DNA of 64,000 nt from assembly GCA_021776055.1 (NCBI GenBank), contig JAJFGP010000116.1:13547-77546 (forward strand), in the 5' to 3' direction. The position numbers were made by a program, and so were the translations under genes. This document shows, one piece after another, positions 45,022 to 54,432 of the stretch. The notes beneath the pieces are model-generated. The model was not told the DNA's origin. It was given only the letters and a program-made list of their open reading frames with translations, and did no database searches. The stretch is from Kiloniellaceae bacterium. Lineage in GTDB: Bacteria > Pseudomonadota > Alphaproteobacteria > Kiloniellales > J153. Each line of letters opens with the position of its first letter. The first letter of the stretch is position 1.

Positions 45022-46170
45022 ATGAACAGGCGAAAATTGTTGAAGATCGTGGGATCCGCCAGCGTCATCGTTGCCGCGGGCGGGGTGGGTTTTGTGATGA
45101 CGCGCACCCCGACGGATGCCCTCATGCCCTGGGAAACTGCCGGATCGTCATATTCGGACCCGATACGCCGAGCTTTATCGTACGCAATTCTGGCGCCCAA
45201 CCCGCATAACCGACAGCCGTGGATCGTCGACTTGAAAAGCGACACCGAGGCAGTGTTGACCTGTGATCTGGACCGGTTGCTTCCGGTAACAGACCCTTTC
45301 AGCAGGCAGATCGTGATCGGGCTCGGGTGCTTTCTGGAACTGCTTTCAATCGCGGCGGCGGATCAAGGATATCGTGCCGATATTCGATATTTTCCTGACG
45401 GAGAACCCGGCGACGCGTTGGACCGCCGGCCCATCGCCCATCTGTCGCTCAAGAAACAAGAGGGATTGGCGGGAGACCCGCTGTTTTCTCAAGCTTTGAG
45501 GCGCCACACCAACCGTGAGCCCTACGACACCAGCCGAGTTGTCGGCGACGATGTCTTGCTGCGCTTGCGCAATACGGCCACCGACAAAGTGCGGGTTGGC
45601 ACGGCAAATGGCGGTACGCAATTGAACGACCTGAGGGCCCTCACGAAGGATGCCATGCTGACCGAGGTTGCGACGCCCGACGCCTATCGGGAGAGCATCG
45701 ATCTGATGCGCATAGGACGCGCGGAAATCGAGACCAATCCCGATGGCATTGCTTTAGGCGGCGCGTTCCTGGAAACCCTGAATCTGACCGGCATTTTGAC
45801 TCGGGAGAGTTTGGCCGACTCAACATCACGCTCCTATCAAATCGGCCTCGACATGATCGATGAAGGGGCGATGACGTCCATGGGCTTTGTCTGGATCAAC
45901 ACCATGGGTAACGACCGCACGGCGCAGATCGAAGCTGGTCGAGCCTATATGCGTATCGCCCTTCAGGTCGCTGCCGATGACCTCGCCATGCAGCCGATGA
46001 GCCAAGCGTTGCAGGAATATGCCGCCATGGCGCCTTACTATAAAACAATCCATGAGGGGCTGACGGACCAATCCGGTGAACGCGTACAAATGCTGGCCCG
46101 ACTCGGTTATGCCAAGGACGTCGGTCCCGCCCCGCGCTGGCCGCTGGAGACGAGAGTGAAGGAAAGCTGA
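45022..46170 (+). CDS. Acg-type / nitroreductase-family FMN oxidoreductase with Tat-like signal
   Basis: MNRRKLLKIVGSASVIVAAGG N-terminus, APNPHNRQPW, and double nitroreductase-like length (382 aa). Confidence 0.65.
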   Translation: MNRRKLLKIVGSASVIVAAGGVGFVMTRTPTDALMPWETAGSSYSDPIRRALSYAILAPNPHNRQPWIVDLKSDTEAVLTCDLDRLLPVTDPFSRQIVIGLGCFLELLSIAAADQGYRADIRYFPDGEPGDALDRRPIAHLSLKKQEGLAGDPLFSQALRRHTNREPYDTSRVVGDDVLLRLRNTATDKVRVGTANGGTQLNDLRALTKDAMLTEVATPDAYRESIDLMRIGRAEIETNPDGIALGGAFLETLNLTGILTRESLADSTSRSYQIGLDMIDEGAMTSMGFVWINTMGNDRTAQIEAGRAYMRIALQVAADDLAMQPMSQALQEYAAMAPYYKTIHEGLTDQSGERVQMLARLGYAKDVGPAPRWPLETRVKES

Positions 46171-46172
46171 TC

Positions 46173-46631
46173 GTGGAGCCACCAGAGAACCAATCCGAAG
46201 ACCCGCTGGCATTTCGGTTGTTCACCGAAATAGGAATCATCGATCAACTGGCCCGCAATCAGCTGGAGCGCGGCTTGCCCGATGGCCTCAAAGTGTCTCA
46301 ATTTGTCGTGCTGAACCACCTGGTACGCCTGGGCGGTGAATGGAGTCCCGCTCGGCTAGCCAACGCCTTTCAAGTGACCAAGGGGGCGATGACCAACACG
46401 CTCCAGCGCCTTGAGAAACGCGGCCTCGTGCGGGTCTCGGCCGATCCGCGTGACGGGCGTGCGAAGCGCGTCATCATCACCCGGGCCGGCCGGCATATGC
46501 GTGAGCAGTGTGTGAAAAGCGTCAGCCCGATGCTCGCCAATCTTTCACGGGAAATCTCGGGCAAAGATTTCGCATTGGCTCTACCGGTCCTGGAAAAAAT
46601 CAGAAAATATTTGGACTCGCACAGATCATAA
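46173..46631 (+). CDS. MarR family transcriptional regulator
   Basis: Winged-HTH LANAFQVTKGAMTNTLQRLEKRGLVRVSADPRDGR. GTG start 2 nt after the upstream stop. Confidence 0.85.
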   Translation: MEPPENQSEDPLAFRLFTEIGIIDQLARNQLERGLPDGLKVSQFVVLNHLVRLGGEWSPARLANAFQVTKGAMTNTLQRLEKRGLVRVSADPRDGRAKRVIITRAGRHMREQCVKSVSPMLANLSREISGKDFALALPVLEKIRKYLDSHRS

Positions 46632-46683
46632 GGTTCAAAAGGACATCACCGAGCTATTCGGATGCCATTTGCTTGGAAAATTC

Positions 46684-47202
46684 TCAGATCAGACATCGCA
46701 TCAAGACACCCGGTATTGTTAGATGAGAACCCATCGGGAAATCCATCCGTCGGACCGATACAAAACCTAGAGCGGCGTAAAAATCTTCGGCGTTGAGGCT
46801 GGAATAGCACTCAAAGCAGGTCACGCCCTCGGACTGCGCTTGTCGCTCGCAGACATCGTAGATCGAACGACCAACAGCTCGACCGATCCATTCCGGGTGA
46901 GTGCCAAAATGGCGAATGTGACCAAGTTTATCTTCAACATCGCCCTTGCCAGGCCGGCCACGGGTCCAGCCACCGCAGCCAATAATTAGCCCGCTCTCGT
47001 TTTCGGCGACGTAGTATGTACCCGATCGCAGCAATTCAGGACTTGCGCTCGTCATTTTTGGAAGCACAGCAGAGAGCAAATCTTGGTCATAGTCCTGTTG
47101 CATCAGCACCGTGTAGGAAGCTTCGAGTAAAGCGCTAACAGTTAGTTCATCCGTAGGCGTTGCCACCCTAATTGTGAAACCAATTGGCATGGCAAAATCC
47201 AT
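46684..47202 (-). CDS. GNAT family N-acetyltransferase
   Basis: Acetyl-CoA-binding region GRAVGRSIY and GNAT-length beta/alpha pattern. Convergent with marR. Confidence 0.7.
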   Translation of the reverse strand: MDFAMPIGFTIRVATPTDELTVSALLEASYTVLMQQDYDQDLLSAVLPKMTSASPELLRSGTYYVAENESGLIIGCGGWTRGRPGKGDVEDKLGHIRHFGTHPEWIGRAVGRSIYDVCERQAQSEGVTCFECYSSLNAEDFYAALGFVSVRRMDFPMGSHLTIPGVLMRCLI

Positions 47203-47242
47203 AATTCGAGATGCCGCCTAGGTGCCGTTTATGAGGGCAGGA

Positions 47243-47881
47243 CTAGCGCCCTTCCCGCAGCGTTTCCACGAAATCGCTGAGGCCGACCTGGCGTTCACGG
47301 CGCAGGCGTTCGGCGCGCAGGATCGATTGCACCGAGGCAACGCTTTCCGTCACGTCGTTGTTCACCAGGATGTAGTCATATTCGGCCCAGTGGCTGACCT
47401 CGTTCGTCGCCTTGGCCATGCGATCCCGCACCACGTCGTCCGGGTCCTGGGCGCGGCTGCGCAGGCGGCGCTCAAGCTCGGCCGTGGACGGCGGCAAAAC
47501 GAAAACGCTGACCAGGTCCTTGCGCGCCTTTTCGGCCAATTGCTGGGTGCCCTGCCAGTCGATGTCGAACAAGACATCACGCCCTTGCGCCAACGCCGCT
47601 TCGACCGGGGCCCGCTGCGTCCCGTATCGGTGGCCAAAGACCGTGGCGTGTTCGAGAAATTCGCCGCTGTCGACCATCGCCTTAAATCGATCTTCACCGA
47701 CGAAGTGATAGTGCGTGCCATCGGTCTCGCTCGGCCGCTTAACCCGGGTTGTCGCGGAGACGGAAATCACCAGGTTTTCGTCCAGTGCCATCAACTTGCG
47801 CGCGATGGTGGTTTTGCCGGCGCCGGACGGCGATGAGAGCACCAACATCAGGCCGCGTCGTTTAATGCCTCCCTGTTGCAT
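47243..47881 (-). CDS. gmk: guanylate kinase
   Basis: SSPSGAGKTT P-loop, YHFV, GTQQL. Confidence 0.9.
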   Translation of the reverse strand: MQQGGIKRRGLMLVLSSPSGAGKTTIARKLMALDENLVISVSATTRVKRPSETDGTHYHFVGEDRFKAMVDSGEFLEHATVFGHRYGTQRAPVEAALAQGRDVLFDIDWQGTQQLAEKARKDLVSVFVLPPSTAELERRLRSRAQDPDDVVRDRMAKATNEVSHWAEYDYILVNNDVTESVASVQSILRAERLRRERQVGLSDFVETLREGR

Positions 47882-47903
47882 AATCGAACCGCCCTATCGC
47901 CTG

Positions 47904-48812
47904 CTACTCGATGTTCTGAATTTGCTCACGCAACTGATCGATCGCCGACTTCAGGTCAAGACCGATGCGCGTGAGGGCGACGTCCCATGATTTGGAGCAC
48001 AGGGTATTGGCTTCCCGGTTCAACTCCTGACATAGGAAATCGAGACGCCGGCCGATGGCTCGGCCTTCGGCAATTAGATCGTGCGCCGCCGCAATGTGCG
48101 CCCGCAGGCGGTCCAATTCCTCGCGCACATCCGACTTGGCAATCAGAATCGCCGCCTCCTGCGCCAAGCGTTCTTCCGGCAGGGCCGGCGACATCTCGAG
48201 AAGTTCGTCCACCTGGGCCTGCAAGCGCGCGCGCAGCGTCTCCGGCCGCGCAGCCTCGGCGCTGGCCGCATCCGCGACTAGGCCTTCGATCTGCTCCAAA
48301 TGGCCGACGATCATGGCCCGCAGGCGCTTGCCCTCGGACTGGCGCATGGTGCCCAGGGCGTCGAGGGCGCGGACCAAATCGTTTTCCATGGCCGCAACGC
48401 GGGCGTCCAATTCCTCGGTCGTCTCCTTCTCTTCGATGGTTTCGACGACACCGCGAAAGGAGAGCAAACCATCCAGGCGTGGCGGCGCTGCCTTAACCTC
48501 GCTCTCGATCTCCGGCACCAGCGCGAGAAGTTGCCTTAGAAGCTCGTGATTGACCTTCAGTTGCGCGGGTGTTGCGCTGCGATCCACCGACAAACTGATC
48601 TGCAGATTGCCGCGCGTGCAGTGCTTGGGCACGGTGCTGCGCGCGATCGCGTCAAGAGCTTCGTACCCCGTCGGCAATCGAGAGCGAATGTCCAGGTTGC
48701 GGCCGTTCAGGCTCTTGATCTCCCACACCCAGGAGACCGCACCGTTTCCGCCTTCCTGGCGAGCAAATCCCGTCATGCTGGAGATCGCCCCGGTCGTTGC
48801 TCGCTTGGCCAT
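47904..48812 (-). CDS. yicC: YicC/YloC family endoribonuclease
   Basis: SMTGFAR near the N-terminus and C-terminal QELNREANTLCSKS. Start is ATG 48812 or 48776. The longer track ORF would overlap the divergent SDR gene. Confidence 0.8.
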   Translation of the reverse strand: MAKRATTGAISSMTGFARQEGGNGAVSWVWEIKSLNGRNLDIRSRLPTGYEALDAIARSTVPKHCTRGNLQISLSVDRSATPAQLKVNHELLRQLLALVPEIESEVKAAPPRLDGLLSFRGVVETIEEKETTEELDARVAAMENDLVRALDALGTMRQSEGKRLRAMIVGHLEQIEGLVADAASAEAARPETLRARLQAQVDELLEMSPALPEERLAQEAAILIAKSDVREELDRLRAHIAAAHDLIAEGRAIGRRLDFLCQELNREANTLCSKSWDVALTRIGLDLKSAIDQLREQIQNIE

Positions 48813-48918
48813 GGCCCCGGCTGTGGTGAAATGGTAGGAACGCCAGGACGTTATATACACGCCTCCGGATGGCAACAAGTCACGGTGCAGATTTGACCGG
48901 CTTCTCTCGTGGGATTCC

Positions 48919-49692
48919 ATGGTAGCCAAGTACGCATGCCCAAATTCGATCCTGATTACCGGAGGCTCCAGCGGCCTTGGGGCCGCGCTGGCGCGGGCCT
49001 ATGCGGCGCCGGGTGTGTGCCTGGCCCTGACCGGGCGGGATGCGGGCCGTCTGGCGGCCGTGGCGACGGACTGCACGGCGCGGGGTGCCGAGGTCCAGGT
49101 CGCGGCGATCGATGTGCTGGAGCGCGAGCGTTTGACCGACTGGATCGATACCCGCGCCAAGGCAGCGCCGCTGGATCTTCTGATCGCCAATGCCGGGGTT
49201 TCCGCCGGTACCGGCGGTGATGGCGAGGATGCGGCGCAGACTCGGCGCATCCTGGCCACCAACGTCGACGGCGTGGTCAATACGGTCATGGCTGCCTTGC
49301 CGTCCATGCAAGCGCGGCGGCACGGACAGATCGCCATTATGTCGTCGCTTGCCGCATTTCGCGGCTTTCCCGGTGCCCCGGCCTATTCTGCCAGCAAGGC
49401 GGCGGTACGGGTGTGGGGCGAGGCCCTGCGCGGACAACTGGCCGGCGACGGCGTTGCCGTAACCGTCATTTGTCCAGGTTACATCAAGACACCGCTGACC
49501 GCGGTGAACCGTTTTCCCATGCCTATGATTATGGAGAGCGATAGGGCGGCTCGGATCATTCAGCGCGGACTAGCCCGCGACAAGGCGCGCATCGCCTTTC
49601 CCTGGCCGATGTATGCTCTGGTGCGCCTTATCGCGGCGCTGCCATCGGGCCTCATCGATCCGCTTCTGCGGAAACTGCCCGAGAAGGACTAG
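48919..49692 (+). CDS. SDR family oxidoreductase
   Basis: ITGGSSGLGAALA, NAGV, YSASKAA catalytic Tyr-x3-Lys. Confidence 0.8.
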   Translation: MVAKYACPNSILITGGSSGLGAALARAYAAPGVCLALTGRDAGRLAAVATDCTARGAEVQVAAIDVLERERLTDWIDTRAKAAPLDLLIANAGVSAGTGGDGEDAAQTRRILATNVDGVVNTVMAALPSMQARRHGQIAIMSSLAAFRGFPGAPAYSASKAAVRVWGEALRGQLAGDGVAVTVICPGYIKTPLTAVNRFPMPMIMESDRAARIIQRGLARDKARIAFPWPMYALVRLIAALPSGLIDPLLRKLPEKD

Positions 49693-49707
49693 CCGCGTAG
49701 CCAAACA

Positions 49708-50688
49708 CTAGTTTTGCGCGTCGCGCATCTTGCGCCATTGCTCGACGTTGCGGTTGTGCTCGGCCAAGGATTTTGCGAAGGCGTGTCCGCCCTTGCCGCT
49801 CGCGACGAAATACAGATATTCGGTTTCCGCCGGCCCCAGCACGGCCTCGATGGCCGCTCGGCCGGGATTGGAAATCGGCCCGGGCGGCAAACCCTCGTTG
49901 AGATATGTGTTGTAGGGGCTCGGTGTTTGCAAATCCTGCCGGGTTAGTGGCCGGCCCAGGGGGCCGCTGCCACCGGTAATTCCATAGGCCACCGTCGGAT
50001 CGGATTGCAGGCGCATGCCCGCGCGCAGACGATTGACGAATACCGAGGCGACCAGCGGCCGTTCTTCCGGAACACCCGTCTCCTTCTCAACGATCGAGGC
50101 AAGGATCACCGCCTCTTGCTTGTCCTTTAACGGCAAACCCGGCGCTCTTCTTAGCCAAAGATCGTCGAGCGTTTGCTTTAGAGGCCGCTGCATTCGTTGC
50201 ACCAACTCGCTGCGCGAATCGCCGCGAATATAGTGATATGTCTCCGGGAGCAGCGAGCCCTCCATCGGCGTCTCCCCCACATCGCCCTCAAGAGCCTCGG
50301 CGCCGGCGATCAGAACGGCCGCTTCGGCGCTCGTCAATCCTTCAGGCAGCGTCAGACGACGGGTGAACGGTTTGCCACCGCGCAACACGTCCATGGCGCC
50401 GCGCATGGAGGTGCCGATCAGGAAGAGATATTCGCCCGCTTGCAGATCGCGTGTTGCCCCGCTGAGCCAGACACCGATGCGAAAAATGAATGGATCATCG
50501 ATGACGCCTTCGTCCGTGAGCCGGCGAGAGATCGTCTCCACGCCGGCACCGCGAGGCACCAGAATAATGGTATCCGCCTCCAGGGGGCCCGGCTGTTCAA
50601 AGCGGTCTAGCCCATAGAGCCCGGTCAGCACAGCCGCGAGCAGGACCATCCCCGTGACAACGCCGGCAATGATCGACCAACGCCGCAC
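49708..50688 (-). CDS. mltG: endolytic transglycosylase MltG (YceG family)
   Basis: N-terminal TM helix, YceG core (ASIVEKETG, NTYLNEGLPPGPISNPG). GTG start. Confidence 0.85.
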   Translation of the reverse strand: MRRWSIIAGVVTGMVLLAAVLTGLYGLDRFEQPGPLEADTIILVPRGAGVETISRRLTDEGVIDDPFIFRIGVWLSGATRDLQAGEYLFLIGTSMRGAMDVLRGGKPFTRRLTLPEGLTSAEAAVLIAGAEALEGDVGETPMEGSLLPETYHYIRGDSRSELVQRMQRPLKQTLDDLWLRRAPGLPLKDKQEAVILASIVEKETGVPEERPLVASVFVNRLRAGMRLQSDPTVAYGITGGSGPLGRPLTRQDLQTPSPYNTYLNEGLPPGPISNPGRAAIEAVLGPAETEYLYFVASGKGGHAFAKSLAEHNRNVEQWRKMRDAQN

Positions 50689-50712
50689 GGCGCCCTCCCG
50701 GGTTATTGGATT

Positions 50713-51984
50713 CTATCCACTAGTGTGGTTGGCGAGCACCAAACTCGCATTGGTACCACCGAAGCCAAACGAATTGGACAAGGCGACACGGACCTGCCGT
50801 TCCTTCGCCTTATGCGGCACGAGATCAAGGGAATCACACCCGTCCGATGGCCGGTCTAGATTCAACGTGGGTGGCACGATACCATTGTTGATCGCGAGAA
50901 TGGAGAAAATCGCTTCGATCGCACCAGCGGCACCAAGAAGATGACCAATCGCCGACTTGGTCGATGACATGCTCACACCGCGCGCGTGATCGCCGAACAG
51001 ACGGCTGACGGCTTCCAACTCAATCATATCGCCACGGGGTGTCGACGTACCGTGCGCGTTGATGTAGTCGATATCGGCGGGTTCAATCTTGGCCCGCTTT
51101 AGCGCCGCTTCCATGGCACGGTAAGCGCCGCTGCCGTCCTCGGACGGTGCGGTGATGTGATGCGCATCTCCCGACATACCATAACCGACCACCTCGGCAT
51201 AGATCCGCGCACCACGTTTCTTGGCATGCTCTAGCTCCTCGAGCACGACAACACCGGCGCCCTCACCCATGACGAACCCGTCGCGATCCTGATCCCAGGG
51301 CCGGGATGCTTTTTCCGGTGTATCGTTGAATTTCGTCGACAGGGCGCGCGACGCCGCGAAACCAGCCATACCTAGCCTGCACACCGCCGCCTCGGCGCCA
51401 CCGGCAACCATGACATCGGCGTCCTCGAGTATGATCAGCCGCGCCGCATCGCCGATGGCATGCGCACCGGTGGAACAGGCCGTGACTACCGAATGGTTCG
51501 GGCCTTTAAAGCCGTAACGAATCGACACATGGCCCGAGGCTAGATTGATCAACGCCGCCGGAATAAAGAATGGCGATAGCTTGCGCGGACCACGCTCGTG
51601 CACGGTGATGGCGGCATCGTGGATGGTCTGCAAGCCGCCGATGCCGGAACCGATCATGACGCCGGTGCGCTCCAGGCTTTCTTCGTCCGTGGGGCGCCAT
51701 TCGGCGTCCTCGACCGCCTGCTGCGCGGCGGCAAGCGCAAATAGGATGAAAGGGTCGATACGCCGCCGCTCCTGCGGCGTCACGTAGTCATCCGCGTTGA
51801 AGCCACCCTCGGCCGTCTCGCCTTGCGGAATCTGTCCGGCAATCTTTGCTGGCAGATCCGACACATCGAAGGATTGAATGGCCCGAATGCCGGACTGCCC
51901 GTTGATCAACCGCTCCCACACCGGTTTGACTCCGGTGCCAAGCGGCGAGACCAAGCCAAGTCCGGTGACGACGACTCGACGCAT
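50713..51984 (-). CDS. fabF: beta-ketoacyl-ACP synthase II
   Basis: Active-site ACSTGAHAIGDA, HGTSTPRGD, GHLLGAAG. Confidence 0.92.
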   Translation of the reverse strand: MRRVVVTGLGLVSPLGTGVKPVWERLINGQSGIRAIQSFDVSDLPAKIAGQIPQGETAEGGFNADDYVTPQERRRIDPFILFALAAAQQAVEDAEWRPTDEESLERTGVMIGSGIGGLQTIHDAAITVHERGPRKLSPFFIPAALINLASGHVSIRYGFKGPNHSVVTACSTGAHAIGDAARLIILEDADVMVAGGAEAAVCRLGMAGFAASRALSTKFNDTPEKASRPWDQDRDGFVMGEGAGVVVLEELEHAKKRGARIYAEVVGYGMSGDAHHITAPSEDGSGAYRAMEAALKRAKIEPADIDYINAHGTSTPRGDMIELEAVSRLFGDHARGVSMSSTKSAIGHLLGAAGAIEAIFSILAINNGIVPPTLNLDRPSDGCDSLDLVPHKAKERQVRVALSNSFGFGGTNASLVLANHTSG

Positions 51985-52033
51985 GGGGCGCTCGATCGTT
52001 GTCGGTTGTACTGACCCGTGTCCGTACCGCGGC

Positions 52034-52270
52034 TTAGGCGTGCTGCTGGATGAAGTCTACGGCGTCTTTGACCGTCACGATCTTCTCCGCCGCGTCGTCG
52101 GGAATCTCGCAACCGAATTCTTCCTCGAATGCCATGACCAGTTCGACGGTGTCGAGACTGTCGGCCCCAAGATCATCGATAAAACTAGCGCCCTCCGCGA
52201 CCTTGGCCTCATCGACCCCAAGATGCTCGACGACGATCTTCTTAACTCGTTCGGCGATGTCGTTGCTCAT
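52034..52270 (-). CDS. acpP: acyl carrier protein
   Basis: [19 protein letters not shown] phosphopantetheine site, 78 aa. Confidence 0.95.
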   Translation of the reverse strand: MSNDIAERVKKIVVEHLGVDEAKVAEGASFIDDLGADSLDTVELVMAFEEEFGCEIPDDAAEKIVTVKDAVDFIQQHA

Positions 52271-52286
52271 TGCCCAAAACCCTCAG

Positions 52287-52316
52287 ATTCTATGCGTCCA
52301 TTGCGTCCATTGTCGA
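52287..52316 (-). promoter_or_regulatory. candidate acpP promoter
   Basis: On the minus strand: TCGACA (plus-strand coordinates 52311..52316), 18-nt spacer, TAGAAT (52287..52292). This would leave only a very short leader, so confidence is low. Confidence 0.3.
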
Positions 52317-52440
52317 CAGGCCCTCGGGATCCCGTCCCGGTTTCCCGATCCCTGCCAGGGCAGGGCGTCGCCTCATATCATACATCTTGCGGAATTGCCA
52401 ACGTCCGCGGCTAGAGCATGATTGTTGCCCGGAATTAGGT

Positions 52441-53178
52441 CTATATCATGGCCATTCCCCCATTTACATGCAAGGTCTGGCCGGTCATGTAAGCTGCCTC
52501 GTCGCTGGCCAGGAATAGCACGGCCGTGGCGACGTCCTCCGGCGACCCAAGGCGACCGGCGGGAACAGCGGCCGTCAGTTTCTCCCGCTGAGCCTCGGAT
52601 AGCTGGTCGGTCATGGCGGTGGCAATAAATCCCGGAGCGACGCAATTGACGGTGATCCCACGCGAGGCCACCTCCTGCGCCAGCGCCTTCGACATGCCGA
52701 TCATGCCGGCCTTCGAGGCGGCATAGTTGGCTTGCCCCGGATTGCCGGTCACGCCGACGATCGATGTGATCCCGACGATCCGGCCCCAACGCTTTTTCAT
52801 CATGCCGCGCAAGGAAGCCCGCGCCAGCCGGAATCCGGCGGTCAGATTGACCTCCAGGACTTGCGCCCAATCGTCGTCCTTCATGCGCAAGGCCAGATTA
52901 TCGCGGGTCAAGCCGGCGTTGTTCACTAGAATATCAACGCCGCCCATGGCTTTTTCCGCATCGCCGGGCAGACCGGCAACAGCCGCGGCATCGGCGAGAT
53001 TACATGGCAAAATGTGAACTCGGTCACCCAAGTCCTGTGCCAAATCTTCCAGCACCGGCACGCGGGTTCCACTGATGGCCACCGTCGCCCCCTGCGCATG
53101 CAAGATGCGGGCAATGGCGGCACCGATGCCACCGGTAGCGCCGGTTACCAGCGCGGTCTTCTCGGATAGATCGAACAT
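52441..53178 (-). CDS. fabG: 3-oxoacyl-ACP reductase
   Basis: TGATGGIGAAIA, NNAG, YAASKAG. Sits in the fabD-fabG-acpP-fabF context. Confidence 0.9.
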   Translation of the reverse strand: MFDLSEKTALVTGATGGIGAAIARILHAQGATVAISGTRVPVLEDLAQDLGDRVHILPCNLADAAAVAGLPGDAEKAMGGVDILVNNAGLTRDNLALRMKDDDWAQVLEVNLTAGFRLARASLRGMMKKRWGRIVGITSIVGVTGNPGQANYAASKAGMIGMSKALAQEVASRGITVNCVAPGFIATAMTDQLSEAQREKLTAAVPAGRLGSPEDVATAVLFLASDEAAYMTGQTLHVNGGMAMI

Positions 53179-53215
53179 ATCTTAGCCTCCTCTGCCCGGC
53201 TCACCCCCCGGGACA

Positions 53216-54157
53216 TCACAGTGTCTTGATCAGCGCCTCGATCTCGTCCGGTGTCCCCGCGGCGATACCAGTCAGGTCTCGGTCGATACGCCGGGTCAGG
53301 CCGGTCAAAACCTTGCCGGAGCCCAGTTCGATCAGCGTATCGACGCCGCGATCGCGCATGGTAAGCACCGACTCGCGCCAGCGCACCATGGCCGTCACCT
53401 GCTGGACCAGAAGCTCGCGGATGGTATCCGGCTCGTCGGTGGCCTCGGCGGTGACATTGGCGATCAGCGGCGGGCGCGGCGGGCGCATGGTCACGTCGGC
53501 CAAAGCCTTCGCCATGACATCGGCGGCCGGCGCCATGAGACTACAATGAAAGGGCGCGCTGACCGAGAGCATGATGGCCCGCTTCGCCCCTTTGGTGGGA
53601 GCAAGTTCCACGGCCCGCTCCACCGCCGCCGCATCGCCGCTGAGGACGACCTGGCCGTCGGCGTTGTCGTTTGCCGGGGCGCAGACGTCTCCTTGCGCGG
53701 CCTCCTCGGCCACGGCTTTTGCCGCCGCCACATCCAGGCCGAGAAGGGCTGCCATCGCCCCCTGCCCCACCGGCACCGCCTCCTGCATGGCCTGGCCACG
53801 GCGCTTCAACAAACGGGCGGTATCGTTGATCGCCAGGGCGCCGGCCGCCGCCAAGGCGGAATATTCGCCCAACGAATGGCCCGCCACGAAGGCCGCCTTG
53901 TCCGCCAGGGTCATGTCCCCCTCGCGCTCGATGACTCGTACCACCGCCAGGCTGACCGCCATCAGGGCCGGTTGGGCATTCTCGGTGAGGACCAGGTCAC
54001 TCTCGGGCCCATCGAACATCAGCCGGCTGAGGCGTTGCGACAGGGCGTCGTCCACCTCCTCGAAGACCTCGCGGGCGGCGGGAAACGCCTCGGCCAGGGC
54101 AGCGCCCATACCGACGGCCTGCGAGCCCTGACCCGGAAAGACGAATGCTCGGCTCAT
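53216..54157 (-). CDS. fabD: malonyl-CoA-ACP transacylase
   Basis: FPGQGSQAVGM, GHSLGEYSAL. Confidence 0.92.
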   Translation of the reverse strand: MSRAFVFPGQGSQAVGMGAALAEAFPAAREVFEEVDDALSQRLSRLMFDGPESDLVLTENAQPALMAVSLAVVRVIEREGDMTLADKAAFVAGHSLGEYSALAAAGALAINDTARLLKRRGQAMQEAVPVGQGAMAALLGLDVAAAKAVAEEAAQGDVCAPANDNADGQVVLSGDAAAVERAVELAPTKGAKRAIMLSVSAPFHCSLMAPAADVMAKALADVTMRPPRPPLIANVTAEATDEPDTIRELLVQQVTAMVRWRESVLTMRDRGVDTLIELGSGKVLTGLTRRIDRDLTGIAAGTPDEIEALIKTL

Positions 54158-54275
54158 ACAATCCTCCCCCTAAAGACGGCACCGCCCACGCGCGGTGACG
54201 GCCAGAGAGATACCCGCCGCCGCCGCCCTGTCAAGCGACGGGGGGTGGGCACCGAAAAACCGGGCTTTCCCGGCC

Positions 54276-54303
54276 TTGCGCATGGGTTGGTTTGGTGTAT
54301 AGT
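54276..54303 (+). promoter_or_regulatory. candidate rpsF operon promoter
   Basis: TTGCGC (54276..54281), 16-nt spacer, TATAGT (54298..54303). This leaves a structured leader of about 120 nt before ATG 54433. Confidence 0.4.
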
Positions 54304-54432
54304 CCCGCGCCTCGCAACATGTTTGCTGCGGACATAGCTCCTTGCCGGCCCCCTGGATGGGGGATCGGCTTCGGACCGGGCGGCTGAACTGATAGCGCCG
54401 GTCCACCTAACAGCCATAGGGAGTATAAGAGT

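Noticed and set aside
44994-45209. 71-aa ORF starting inside the palindrome region, in a different frame from the nitroreductase gene
   Set aside because: The AGGAGG at 45008..45013 is correctly spaced for ATG 45022, not for 44994. The 45022 frame gives a Tat-like signal and nitroreductase motifs.
54255-54273. CCGGG-CTTT-CCCGG hairpin followed by T5 on the minus strand, which looks like a terminator
   Set aside because: It lies upstream of fabD between divergent genes, so there is no minus-strand gene to terminate. The stem is only 5 bp. It may simply be part of the divergent promoter region.
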